From: Candidatus Heimdallarchaeota archaeon | GTDB lineage: Archaea > Asgardarchaeota > Heimdallarchaeia > Hodarchaeales > Hodarchaeaceae | DNA: 64,000 bases | Direction of reading: 5' to 3' | NCBI GenBank assembly: GCA_020353515.1 | Contig: CP070695.1 | Location: 2,937,231 to 3,001,230 of the forward strand | Part shown: piece after piece, positions 9,735 to 21,138 of the stretch | Position numbering within the stretch: position 1 is the stretch's first letter | Layout of the letters: each line of letters begins with the position of its first letter | Notes under the pieces: generated by a model | Told to the model about the DNA's origin: nothing | Databases searched by the model: none | Seen by the model: the letters and a program-made list of their open reading frames with translations, nothing else | Position numbers and translations under genes: made by a program

Positions 9735-11147
9735 TCAACCAAGCTTGATATCCCGCATACGAATACACCCACCTCCCGCATACACAGGTACTCCCTGAGC
9801 TGGGTCACTCTTTCCACAAATACCAGGAAAATCAAAGACTAAATCTTTGGAAACTGCGTCGATAGAAGAAAACAAGCCTTTAGATGTAAGCTCCATGACA
9901 GGACGACGTACCATTGTTTCAGTCACTTCTCCATTCTTGATTTCATAACATTCAAAACCAACGTATTTGGATTGATATCGTCTATCATCTATATTCCATT
10001 CTGTAAATGAAAGCATGTAGATCCCGTGCTTTACCCCTTCGATCAATTCTTCCAAAGTAAAATCTCCTGGTTTCATATATGTATTTGCCATACGAATTAT
10101 CGGCTCACGATTGAAGTCTGAGGATCGAGCTGCTCCGTTAGATCCCAATTTAAATTTCACACCGTATTCTCGATTAAGTAGAGGTTCATTTATCATTCCA
10201 TCTTTGATTAGAATCCTTTCACGAGCCTTAACGCCTTCATCATCATATTCATAATAACCTCCCGTTCCTGGAATTGTTGGATCTTCGGCAATAGTTACAT
10301 GTTCGGAACCTACACGAGATTCTTTGAGTTTTAGATCACGCCAAAAGGATTCACCTGCTTGTGCCCCTTCGCGACCCTTAATTCGGTCTCCCTCACTAGG
10401 ATGACCACAATTCTCATGACATATAATCCCCACGACTTCAGGACCAACAACGAAATCTATCTTTCCTGTTATTCTATTATTTGATTGTGCTGCAACTTTG
10501 GCTAGGCTGGCACAATCGTTATCATATTTATCAATCCAAGTTTTTGTACCTTCCCACCCTGTACTCCGAGTCAAGTCCACCCAGCGTTGTTCAGAATCAA
10601 GCAATCCTTTCGCTGTTAAGATTCCATAAAATTTTAGCATAGACGATTCGGACTCAATTCGTGTTCCTTCGGAGGTGACAAGATATTTTTCATTGCTTTG
10701 AGCCTCAAAAAAGTTCGCACGGGTATTAATTCCATGATTTTCAGCTTTCTTATCCATTTCTTGTAATAATTCAAGCATTGTATCGGTATCAACGTCTATT
10801 ACTCTTTGTTTGGTGGCTACAGCCCATTTTGCTTCATTAGAAATTGGTTCACCGAAATCAATCTTCTCTTTGGGATTTGAACCTTTCACCATTTTGATTC
10901 CATGATTGATCGCGTCCTTCACTGTGTTCTTGGATAATTCATCTATTGACATAAACGCAAGTCCTCCATTTTTCAACACACGAAATCCAATACCAAGCCA
11001 TGGCCGTTGAGATCCTGAAACCAACATGCCATTACGGAGAAAAAGAAAGGTTCGTTGGCCATTAATTAACCTAGCTTCTGCATAATCCACTCCATTTTCT
11101 TGAGCGTAATTTACTCCAAATTCAGCAAAATCTTTAGCATATGACAC
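9735..11147 (-). CDS. tldD: TldD family metalloprotease
   Basis: HENCGHPSEGD zinc motif, YDDEGV, PIIRMANTY and CGK..P.Q.VP. Confidence 0.92.
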   Translation of the reverse strand: MSYAKDFAEFGVNYAQENGVDYAEARLINGQRTFLFLRNGMLVSGSQRPWLGIGFRVLKNGGLAFMSIDELSKNTVKDAINHGIKMVKGSNPKEKIDFGEPISNEAKWAVATKQRVIDVDTDTMLELLQEMDKKAENHGINTRANFFEAQSNEKYLVTSEGTRIESESSMLKFYGILTAKGLLDSEQRWVDLTRSTGWEGTKTWIDKYDNDCASLAKVAAQSNNRITGKIDFVVGPEVVGIICHENCGHPSEGDRIKGREGAQAGESFWRDLKLKESRVGSEHVTIAEDPTIPGTGGYYEYDDEGVKARERILIKDGMINEPLLNREYGVKFKLGSNGAARSSDFNREPIIRMANTYMKPGDFTLEELIEGVKHGIYMLSFTEWNIDDRRYQSKYVGFECYEIKNGEVTETMVRRPVMELTSKGLFSSIDAVSKDLVFDFPGICGKSDPAQGVPVYAGGGCIRMRDIKLG

Positions 11148-11371
11148 TCTTTGTCAACTCACGAAAATCCATTCTGTCAAAAATATTCATGTAGTATTTG
11201 GTAATTTTCTTTCTAAATATATATATTTCTCTGTCCCTTCCTCTTGGTTTATTTTTGTGAATTTTCGTGCGAATTTAGGACAATAAAGTTGAAAATTAAG
11301 GTTGTTATTCACAGAGAAAAAAGAAAAAAACCCCAATTGACTGATTGTGGAGAAATAATCAATCGTTTAAA

Positions 11372-11512
11372 TTAATGCCAATTCCAACGTGTCTGTGCTA
11401 ATTCTTTGGCTGAAATTTTGGGTTCTTTTCCATATTTTCTCTCTAGATAAGTAAAATCTTCATCTGAAGATTTTTTTGGTTGATTTTTAGAGGAAGGACT
11501 TTGTGATGACAT
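11372..11512 (-). CDS. Unannotated 46-aa microprotein
   Basis: MSSQSPSSKNQPKKSSDEDFTYLERKYGKEPKISAKELAQTRWNWH; AAGGT upstream, followed by a weak hairpin and T-run (~11317-11362). Confidence 0.5.
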   Translation of the reverse strand: MSSQSPSSKNQPKKSSDEDFTYLERKYGKEPKISAKELAQTRWNWH

Positions 11513-11634
11513 ACAACCTTTATTAGTGTATGAATCATTTAAATTCGAAAGAGAGAGAGTGGAGCGAAAATGATCTCTTTAAGTAATGAATCCTTATAAA
11601 GGCCTTTTTTCAGGTATTACTATTGAGGATATTT

Positions 11635-11766
11635 ATGGAAATGAAGAAAAATCGCTTTTCTCAACGTTTAAAGAAACAAAAAATAAATAAAGAAGTTGTA
11701 GAACAGATTAAGGACACAAAACGTCGGATGAAAGAGAAAATTGTAAATGCAAAACCAAAAGAATGA
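11635..11766 (+). CDS. Unannotated 43-aa basic microprotein
   Basis: GAGGA then MEMKKNRFSQRLKKQKINKEVVEQIKDTKRRMKEKIVNAKPKE; 16/43 residues are K/R. Confidence 0.5.
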   Translation: MEMKKNRFSQRLKKQKINKEVVEQIKDTKRRMKEKIVNAKPKE

Positions 11767-11858
11767 TTAGGCTTGATGTTGCTTCTCATTCACTAATAAA
11801 GCCAAAATCGGATAACAAATCAATAACAAATACAATTGTAATTCATAGAGGTTTCCAC

Positions 11859-11972
11859 ATGCCCCGAAAAGGTAAGGGAGTTAAACGTATTCTCCGAGAA
11901 GAAAAACGATTAAGAGAAAAGAAGAAGCAAGGAGAAAAATCTTGGCAGTATAAGAAAAAGAATAACGATTAA
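11859..11972 (+). CDS. 37-aa highly basic microprotein
   Basis: GAGGT RBS then MPRKGKGVKRILREEKRLREKKKQGEKSWQYKKKNND; 16/37 residues are K/R; 3' part of ORF 11763..11972. Confidence 0.55.
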   Translation: MPRKGKGVKRILREEKRLREKKKQGEKSWQYKKKNND

Positions 11973-12117
11973 ATTCCAGGATCAAAAAGATGGGGAAGCT
12001 TCGGAACGTGAAAAACATAAACAAATCATTCTATGATTAACAACCCCATAGTTTTGGAAATGATGTTGTTACTCCTCTTAAAGCAACAATTTTCGGATAA
12101 TACACTAGTTAAGATTA

Positions 12118-12672
12118 TTAGCGTTCTTTTTTTTGTATTTTTGATAGTTTTCCCTTCGAAACGTCATAAATGTAACCTACTACTTCCACTTCAGCTGGAG
12201 AAATAAGTGGATGCTCCTGAATGGTCTTCACAGTTTGATGTATCTGTACTTCAACGTCATTAAAGCCTAGAAATGCATCAGCGGAATCAGAAGAGCTTAA
12301 GAGGTTGAGAACTTTTTCCCCTGAAATTCCAGTCTTTTTCGATATCCTTGCGAGTAATCTTGTCATGTACTCCTTTGTCATTTCTGCTCCACAATCTGTG
12401 TGACCAACAACCACAATTACATTCACATTAAGCTCATAAATAGCGATAAGTAACGAACGAAGACTATCAAAAGTTAATAACGCACCTGCAGTTCGAATGA
12501 TAATAGCGTTCCCTGGTTCCTCAATCCCAAAGACACTAGTGATTATCCGACAATCCATACAAGTGAGAATTGCTACTCTCCACTGGGGTTGAGTAGTTAA
12601 TTCGCTATATGGAAAGTAAAACTTGATATTTTGCCAAATTCTAAATTTCTCATCTAATTTATACACATCCAT
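12118..12672 (-). CDS. Beta-class carbonic anhydrase (Cab/clade D type)
   Basis: Zinc ligands in CMDCR and HTDCG; IRTAG and GYIYDV..G. Confidence 0.9.
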   Translation of the reverse strand: MDVYKLDEKFRIWQNIKFYFPYSELTTQPQWRVAILTCMDCRIITSVFGIEEPGNAIIIRTAGALLTFDSLRSLLIAIYELNVNVIVVVGHTDCGAEMTKEYMTRLLARISKKTGISGEKVLNLLSSSDSADAFLGFNDVEVQIHQTVKTIQEHPLISPAEVEVVGYIYDVSKGKLSKIQKKER

Positions 12673-12847
12673 TTCTTATCACAGTAAAGACAGTCATGTG
12701 TTATTACCACTCCTCCTATTTAAGCTTGTATATCTTGGAATTGAAGTGACTTTTAGTTAATCACATCATTATAGATTTTTGGACTAGTACAGGAGAATCT
12801 CACATAGAGCTGAAAAAGCATAATAAAAAGAGGTTCTTGCTGAAACC

Positions 12848-14560
12848 TCAAATTTCAACAGGGGGTAAACTCAAGGTTGATATTGATGATAAATCAAGTT
12901 CAAAGGCAGCTGCAGGTACAAATAATTCCCAATTTTCAAGTAAAGTTGGTGATATCTCCCCAATTATTCCTACTTCTTTACCATCAACTTTAATTTTAGC
13001 AGTTCTTCCTGATATGAATTCAGATGATTCTATGACTTCTAACTCATATCTTACTCCAAGACCCTGTATTAAAGTTTCGAGAATGCTGTGACAATGCTCA
13101 AAAGATACTTCTGTACCAGCCATGATAACTGCAGTCTTAGAAATTGTTTTTACAGAATTTTTCTCTAGTTTTACAACTTCTCCCACTTCAAAAAGATATT
13201 GTGGATATTCATTGTGTGTATTCCGAGAGAGGAAATCAAGCAAACCAGGGAAAAGTCTATTCCTCATAACTGAATAAGTTGAACTCACCGGATTCGCGAC
13301 TTGGACAAAAGAAGAAATAATATCACTCTTATACCCCATCAAAGTAGATAGTTTTTCAGGATCGGTGAGACTGAAACTAAGGACTTCTTGTAAGGAACAA
13401 CCACTTAAGATCTCACGGACATAATTCTCACTTATTGTTCGGGAAGATAAATTTCCAATCGTTGGAACTTCTGAACCAGCTGGTTCAATATTCATGTATC
13501 CATATGCTATAGCAACCTCCTCTGCAACATCGACCCAATGAAGTAAGTCAACCCGATAGGGAGGATATTTGACTTTTATTAACCCATTTTGTTCTGTAGC
13601 GTCAAATCTTCTCTTCTTAAGTAATTCGATGATTTTTTCTACTGTTAAATCAAGACCTAAATACCCTTTAATGTTTTCTGAGTTAACTATTATTTCAAAA
13701 GGCTCAGTTTCAGGAGTAACTAGTGTTGTTGGCGCATCCCCATGATTCTCTGGATAATGAATTTCAACGCTATATACTTTACCACCACGATCTCTTATTG
13801 CTTGAGTAATCAATGTATTGACGACTTTGACAACTTCAAGATTTGTACCAGTCACTTCCACCAACACATCAGTTGTCTCCTCATTTACACGTCCAACATC
13901 ATTACTATTGATGATTGGAGGCATAGAAAGAACCACACCATTAACGTCTCGAAGAATGGGTAGATCACCTTTACTGGGTAAAATGTGACAATATTCAACG
14001 CCTTTTTCATGTCTTGCTAAGATTTCATCAAGAGTCATTTTTTTAGTATATCCAAGAGGATAAAACGAAGTTGTCCGTGGAGTGAGCTCATATAAAATTG
14101 GACTTTCTAACATGTTAACATTATAAATTCCTATTGAAGAACGACTACGACGACGTCCATATGAGAAATCAACTTTTTCCTGTAGTTGGATCAATTGCTT
14201 AATTAGAAAATCGGAGAATTTCACTCCCCTAATAATAGAACAAGCAATGTATGGACGTATAGTTTTGAGTCGAGGGTCAACTTCAATCACAAAACCACTA
14301 GGTTCAGCAGAAATCTCAGGTAAATTTATGTGCAATCCCATCGCACCACTAACCTCTCTCACAAGCCCTTCTACTCCCCAGAGGTCAGGCCGATTCGATG
14401 TTTTACAGTCTACTTTTATGTACCCTTCATCCGCTAAATCGTGCTCTTCAATTTCAGATTTAGCAAAGCTAAATAGATTGTCGAGTTCCTCTATCGTAGT
14501 ATCATCTGGTAGATTGAGTAATTCAATAACATCATAATAAGAGATTTTAAAAGCAACCAA
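12848..14560 (-). CDS. pheT: Phenylalanine--tRNA ligase beta subunit (archaeal/eukaryotic type)
   Basis: NRPDLWGVEG, LIQLQEK, LSMPPIINS and PPYRVDLLH.VDVAEEVAIAYGY; likely TTG start at 14560 after GAGGTG. Confidence 0.95.
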   Translation of the reverse strand: MVAFKISYYDVIELLNLPDDTTIEELDNLFSFAKSEIEEHDLADEGYIKVDCKTSNRPDLWGVEGLVREVSGAMGLHINLPEISAEPSGFVIEVDPRLKTIRPYIACSIIRGVKFSDFLIKQLIQLQEKVDFSYGRRRSRSSIGIYNVNMLESPILYELTPRTTSFYPLGYTKKMTLDEILARHEKGVEYCHILPSKGDLPILRDVNGVVLSMPPIINSNDVGRVNEETTDVLVEVTGTNLEVVKVVNTLITQAIRDRGGKVYSVEIHYPENHGDAPTTLVTPETEPFEIIVNSENIKGYLGLDLTVEKIIELLKKRRFDATEQNGLIKVKYPPYRVDLLHWVDVAEEVAIAYGYMNIEPAGSEVPTIGNLSSRTISENYVREILSGCSLQEVLSFSLTDPEKLSTLMGYKSDIISSFVQVANPVSSTYSVMRNRLFPGLLDFLSRNTHNEYPQYLFEVGEVVKLEKNSVKTISKTAVIMAGTEVSFEHCHSILETLIQGLGVRYELEVIESSEFISGRTAKIKVDGKEVGIIGEISPTLLENWELFVPAAAFELDLSSISTLSLPPVEI

Positions 14561-14571
14561 TTGTAACACCT

Positions 14572-16065
14572 CTAAGTCATGGGTACTGTGCGGAGCCATT
14601 CCAAGTTTTGTGTGAATAGCTCACGTATATCGTTAATCCCACGTTTTACCATATAGAGACGATCTACACCAAGACCCCAAGCAATGACTGGGTCTGTAAT
14701 GCCGAAAGGAGCAGTAACCTCTGGACGAAAGATACCAGAACCACCAAATTCGATAAATCCGAGCTTGGGATGATAAGCACTAAGTTCAGCTGATGGACTC
14801 GTGAAAGGATAATAATCTGGTTTGAATCTCACCTTAGTAGCACCAGCAATCTCTGTGGCAAACGTTTTAAGAAGGCCTAGGAGAGTACGGAACGTTATTG
14901 ATGGATCACAGGAGATTCCCTCTAGTTGATTGAATTCGGAAAGGTGTACAGCATCAACGGAATCAGGCCGATAGCATCGTGCAATACAGAAATATTTAGC
15001 TGGGATTTCAAGGTGATATAACGTTCTAGCACTCACAGATGTCCCCTGAGGTCTTAATATCAGTTGTGCAGCTTTTCGTGGATCCCATCTGTATCTCCAG
15101 CCTCGTGAACCCGTAGGTTCACCTGTTTCATGAACTAGTTGGACATTCTTCACCAATTCTTTGTCTTTTGGAAGTGTTCCATGAGTCGGGTGTTTTATAG
15201 TGTAAACATCGGACCACTCCCGTGCTGAATGGTCTTGGGCTTGAAATAAAGCATCAAAATTCCAAAATTCACTCTCAACAAGTGGCCCCCTCATTTCAGT
15301 AAATCCTAGACCTATAAGTTTTTGTTTCACTTCATCTAAGAACATCAAATACGGATGTTTACGGCCTACGGGGAATTTTTTAGGACGACTGGTAACATTA
15401 TAACTTTTTAGCTGTAATGATCGCCATTGACCAGATCTGATCTGATCAGAGGTTAATCGTGAAACAGTCTCAACAATTTCACTGTCTGATAATGCTTTTG
15501 ATCCTAGCTTAGTTATTTGAACGGACGCGTATTGGCGTTCTTTTACCTCAATAAATCCTCTATTCGATAGGATTTTTCGAATTTCTTTAGGAATGGGAAA
15601 TAATGGATCTTTGGATACAGATCTTAAAATATCTTCTAATTCTTGATTTAAATCTGAAACTGGTTTAACAGGAATTAATACTCCTTTGGTAATCTTGATT
15701 ATACCAGCTTTTCTAAGATGTCCTACACCTGCATTTACTGCTTGTCTGGATAGATCCAGAAGAGATGAGAGATGAGCTATTGGTATTCCATCAGGTTTGT
15801 TATTCAATTCATTTAGGATTAAATTTTCAGGGAATCCTTTGCTAAGAACTTCATTCCCCTCTTCCGTAAGCCAAATCTTATTGATTGATTTCACCTCTCG
15901 AGTAGCTAAATCGTCTCTACTTAATCGCAAGGTTATCTGTTCAACTTTTGCATGGGATAGCTCGGTTATTTCAGCTATTTCATCAATCGTTAAAGAACCA
16001 CTATCCTTTAAATGCTTTAGGACTGCTGCCATCTCTGATGTAATGAGGATAGAATCGGTATTCAA
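14572..16065 (-). CDS. pheS: Phenylalanine--tRNA ligase alpha subunit (archaeal/eukaryotic type)
   Basis: FWNFDALFQAQDHSARE, motif 2 YRPD..DAVHLSEFNQLEG, YPFTSPS and motif 3 AWGLGVDR; N-terminal wHTH domains. Confidence 0.96.
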   Translation of the reverse strand: MNTDSILITSEMAAVLKHLKDSGSLTIDEIAEITELSHAKVEQITLRLSRDDLATREVKSINKIWLTEEGNEVLSKGFPENLILNELNNKPDGIPIAHLSSLLDLSRQAVNAGVGHLRKAGIIKITKGVLIPVKPVSDLNQELEDILRSVSKDPLFPIPKEIRKILSNRGFIEVKERQYASVQITKLGSKALSDSEIVETVSRLTSDQIRSGQWRSLQLKSYNVTSRPKKFPVGRKHPYLMFLDEVKQKLIGLGFTEMRGPLVESEFWNFDALFQAQDHSAREWSDVYTIKHPTHGTLPKDKELVKNVQLVHETGEPTGSRGWRYRWDPRKAAQLILRPQGTSVSARTLYHLEIPAKYFCIARCYRPDSVDAVHLSEFNQLEGISCDPSITFRTLLGLLKTFATEIAGATKVRFKPDYYPFTSPSAELSAYHPKLGFIEFGGSGIFRPEVTAPFGITDPVIAWGLGVDRLYMVKRGINDIRELFTQNLEWLRTVPMT

Positions 16066-16173
16066 TCTGTTTGAAGCTCCTTCATCTCGTAGTGTTCAAT
16101 TCTAATTGTTTTTTGAGAAATTTGAGGTTGATGTAAAAGTAATTGGAAAAATAAGGGGATTGCTACATCTATT

Positions 16174-16237
16174 GATGCCTTGTTGAATTTATGAAAAGAG
16201 TTATTTTCACTTAAAGCTATGCAAAGTCCAAGGCATC
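16174..16237 (-). promoter_or_regulatory. Candidate structured pheS leader with 9-aa uORF
   Basis: 9-bp inverted repeat 16174-16182/16229-16237, inner TGAAAA/TTTTCA hairpin, and uORF MPWTLHSFK at 16236-16207. Confidence 0.4.
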
Positions 16238-16348
16238 TACCTCAAACGGTGTGAAAAAATTTATTATTTTAAATCTTTCTATATTATCCCTTTTTTTCTT
16301 TTATATACCCTTGAATATCGATTTTCTTATTACTATATTGCTATTAAA

Positions 16349-19300
16349 TCAAGCCTGGGTTCTATATTCCCAACCTGGCTTGACTATCATACCTTCTCTC
16401 CTTCTTCCATCAATTATAACTAGAAAAGGACTTTCCACCCGAATATGTCGCACAAATTCAGTTTCATTTTCAATGTTTTTCAAAGATTTCAACCAGTTCC
16501 ATTCAATATAGTCTTTCTTAGACTTATACTTTATATAGAAGTAACCGATATTAGCAGTAGTAATATTTTGAAAAAAATGGCTTCCTTGCGAATGTTCTAC
16601 TTGAAAGTCTTCCAAACCAGTTTCAATAATTACCTGAGCACCCGAAATGTGGTTCCATTTCACAGGAATCCCTAAAAAACGGTCAAATGTTCCCCAACGC
16701 CCAAATCCTAAAAGGATGTAGGGAATACCTTGATTTTTCAGATTTTGATTTATTTGATCAATTTCACTTACCATCTCACGGGTTTTCATTTTATTAAAAG
16801 ATTCAGGTTTCAGAAAGACGATATCATTGATATTTTTAATTATCCTATTACCAGAAATTTGTGATGAATATGCTAATATCTCGCCTTTAGGAGCTGAAAT
16901 GACTTCTTCAGCTAGGAGTTCATCCTGTTCCACAAATGGGCGAATTTGTAATGGGTAAAAAGTAGGTCTTTTTTTAGGTATATGTTGAAAATTCCCTGCA
17001 AACTCAATTTCTACACTACACCCCATTGCTTTTTCTCCCAGCTCTAGAATTCGAGATATTGTTTTTGTAATAGGGAACGTTCCGAATTTTAATTGGTTAC
17101 TAAAGGTAATTACTGGGGCCCCTTCTCCCATATAACCATTTCGAATTATCTGATCATTATAATCATATGTATCTGCCACTTCTGATAATATTTCTGGATT
17201 AGTATCGAAAATACTAGCTTTTACTAAGAAAGAATTCTCCCCCTCGGAAATATCTGTTGCTGTTGATGCTAGATCAATTGCGAAAAAATCTCTTTGGCTA
17301 TTTTGTAATAGTTGGTCATGGGTTGAATAAAAACTGATTTCAGGATATTTTGGGCAAAAACGAAGAGAAATACCTCCATCTACAATTGTCTTCCCTAAAC
17401 CAACAGCAAGAAATGCAATTCTATCAGTTGGTTTCATGTAGGAAACTGGATAATAATTATATGAGGAGGCTACTCCAGAGAAACTAGGGTAAGAAAGCCT
17501 ATTAGGATGTTCTCTTCCTACCACTTGCTGTATTACAACAGCCATCTTAGATTCCTCTACAGATTGGTCAGTTGATTCAGCATAACTTTTAGCTTTCTTT
17601 AAGAAAGAAGAAGCATACACTAATTTGATAGCATCACAGAGTAATTCTATTCTGGTATTCATATCCTGATTATTTGGTAAGAAGTAAGTTTCAAAGATTC
17701 CTGCAAATGGCTGATATTGAGAGTCTTCTAATAAGCTTGAAGATCTCACTGATAGTGGACCAGTTAGAGACTTTAAAATGAAACTTAAATCGTCCACAAG
17801 GCTTTTTGAAACCTTTGCTTCCAAGAAACTCTTTTTAATATCTTCATCAGGAAGATCTGATAGTGCAATATCATAAAGCTCTGTGTTTTCTTCCATGAAA
17901 AGATCAAATTCACTTGTCCCTATCACAAAAGTCTTAGGTATTCGAATGTCAACATCTTGGGTAAGATCATCGGCCAGAAGGAATGTATTCAGTAGAAATT
18001 GAAGAAATGCAATTCCTCGGCCCTTCCCACCCAATGAACCTGGTCTTAATCGTGTAAATCTTATTGCAGGGTGATGGCTATCTCTATCCCAATCATGTAC
18101 AACACCCCCTGATTTTTCAACAAGTATAGCGTTGATTGACTCAAGTAAGAATTGTCTGAGTTCATCCTCTGTGAGATCGGTAACCTTGACTGGTTTGATC
18201 TTTTGGGCAATAGCAAATTCTGCTCGATTCATTAACCAGCCAGAAAAGTGATCATGTGACCCATGGTATATTAAAGATTCATTAGGCACTACTGAAATAG
18301 CCTGAAATAACTCCAAGATGTTTTTAGCTCGGCCAACAACTGATCCATCAGCTAATTGGAAGATAAAGTCGCCAAATCCTAAATGTCTCAACATAAATTC
18401 TCGTAAACTATATAGAAGACGTCTTGATTTTTTATAGATGAAAAATGCTCCCAATTCCTTAGCTCGTTCTTCATTCTCAAGCTGTCTTGAATGTAACGCA
18501 GTAGGTAGGGTTAAATCATTAGATTTAACCTCTTTAATGAATCTAATCCCTGCATCATCATCTATTTTCCCCTCTCTGGGGAATCGAACATCAGAAATCA
18601 CACCAATGACATACTTCTTGTATTTTTGATAATAATCCATTGCCTCTTCATATGTGCACGCTAAAAGAATTTTAGGTCGAGCTCTCATTTGAAGAAGATT
18701 GTAAAAATCATTTATTCCAGCTGAAATTAATCGATGTGTTTGTTTCATAAGTTCACTATATATCAAAGGCAAGAAGAGCGAATAATGACGAATAGAATCT
18801 TCAACGATGATAATCACTCGAACAAGACCTATTTCGGTATCATGTGCTACATTGAGTTTATCTTCCAGATGTTTTACTATTGCAACAAAAACTGTTGAAT
18901 CACCATTCCACAAGAAAATCCTATCTATTCCCTGTCTTTTAGTAGGATCTGGTAAATATGGAATATTACTAGCATTATTCAATAAAAGGATGACTGGTAT
19001 ATCTCGAACCTTTTTTATCTCTCGTCCAAATGCAAAAGCATCCACATCTCCCAATCTTCTCATGGTAATAATTAAGTCAAATTCTTTTTCATTAACCAAT
19101 TTTAATGCATCTTTGGCCGAGGCGACCCTAGTAATGCTAGGTAAGGTACGAAGATTCAGATTATGAAATTCCTCAAATATTTGATCAGAAAGTCTCCCAT
19201 CTTCCTCTAGAATAAAATTGTCATAGTAAGAACTTACAAGAAGCACTTTATTGATCCTTTTAGTCATTAAATCATGAAAGACCCTATAGGCAGGTTTATA

Positions 19301-19360
19301 ATCAAGTCCTAGATCATCTTCTTCAACAATATGGAGGGGAGCAGAGTTATTCATACTCAT
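16349..19360 (-). CDS. Receiver-like domains fused to a PEP-synthase/PPDK-type ATP-grasp and His-domain-like tail
   Basis: GSLGGKGRG, VRSSSLLED, FAG, MAVVIQQVVG, GLGKTIVDG, VEIEFA and LQIRP (PPDK_N motifs); two REC-like N-terminal units; C-terminal SQGSHF; no pyruvate-binding barrel. Confidence 0.85.
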   Translation of the reverse strand: MSMNNSAPLHIVEEDDLGLDYKPAYRVFHDLMTKRINKVLLVSSYYDNFILEEDGRLSDQIFEEFHNLNLRTLPSITRVASAKDALKLVNEKEFDLIITMRRLGDVDAFAFGREIKKVRDIPVILLLNNASNIPYLPDPTKRQGIDRIFLWNGDSTVFVAIVKHLEDKLNVAHDTEIGLVRVIIIVEDSIRHYSLFLPLIYSELMKQTHRLISAGINDFYNLLQMRARPKILLACTYEEAMDYYQKYKKYVIGVISDVRFPREGKIDDDAGIRFIKEVKSNDLTLPTALHSRQLENEERAKELGAFFIYKKSRRLLYSLREFMLRHLGFGDFIFQLADGSVVGRAKNILELFQAISVVPNESLIYHGSHDHFSGWLMNRAEFAIAQKIKPVKVTDLTEDELRQFLLESINAILVEKSGGVVHDWDRDSHHPAIRFTRLRPGSLGGKGRGIAFLQFLLNTFLLADDLTQDVDIRIPKTFVIGTSEFDLFMEENTELYDIALSDLPDEDIKKSFLEAKVSKSLVDDLSFILKSLTGPLSVRSSSLLEDSQYQPFAGIFETYFLPNNQDMNTRIELLCDAIKLVYASSFLKKAKSYAESTDQSVEESKMAVVIQQVVGREHPNRLSYPSFSGVASSYNYYPVSYMKPTDRIAFLAVGLGKTIVDGGISLRFCPKYPEISFYSTHDQLLQNSQRDFFAIDLASTATDISEGENSFLVKASIFDTNPEILSEVADTYDYNDQIIRNGYMGEGAPVITFSNQLKFGTFPITKTISRILELGEKAMGCSVEIEFAGNFQHIPKKRPTFYPLQIRPFVEQDELLAEEVISAPKGEILAYSSQISGNRIIKNINDIVFLKPESFNKMKTREMVSEIDQINQNLKNQGIPYILLGFGRWGTFDRFLGIPVKWNHISGAQVIIETGLEDFQVEHSQGSHFFQNITTANIGYFYIKYKSKKDYIEWNWLKSLKNIENETEFVRHIRVESPFLVIIDGRRREGMIVKPGWEYRTQA

Positions 19361-19591
19361 TCACTAGCATTTGATTATTTATACTTTGAAAAAGTTTTGT
19401 GGAATATATACATTTTTCAAATAATAATTAATTCCTCTTGAAATGTATCCAACCTTGAATCATTAGACTTACAAACCCTTTCACTACTTTATTAATTTGA
19501 TATAGGAATTTAACATTCGATACTCTCGGTACCCTCCTTACTATGGCTTAAACTTTGTTTTTCAGTAATGGAGAAACTATACACTTAATTC

Positions 19592-19726
19592 AAGACCGAT
19601 AAAAGAGCTTCCAATGGGGTTAAAAGATGACTCCTAATTGCATCGGTCTTAACAGATAACAGGACAATTAGTCTGTTACTCGCTTTAGTATCGAATGTCA
19701 GCAATAAATGTTAGAAAGAAAGCTGA
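19592..19726 (+). promoter_or_regulatory. Candidate structured 5' leader of gdhA
   Basis: AAGACCGAT/ATCGGTCTT stem enclosing a GGGGTTA/TGACTCC hairpin, followed by a TAACAGGAC/GTCTGTTA hairpin and TCAGC/GCTGA. Confidence 0.5.
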
Positions 19727-21085
<1,359 letters not shown>

Positions 21086-21138
21086 TTATTATTTTTTTGG
21101 AGATTAGATATTATAATATCCTTATTCTCTCTATTTTT
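21086..21138. terminator. Terminator region between convergent genes
   Basis: T-run after the gdhA stop and palindrome GATATTATAATATC at 21107-21120. Confidence 0.5.

Noticed and set aside
11160-11269. 9-bp inverted repeat CACGAAAAT/ATTTTCGTG as a MITE
   Set aside because: Short, AT-rich, no target-site duplication or second copy seen.
16349-19360. Conventional PEP synthase (ppsA)
   Set aside because: Lacks the C-terminal PEP/pyruvate-binding barrel and carries receiver-like domains.
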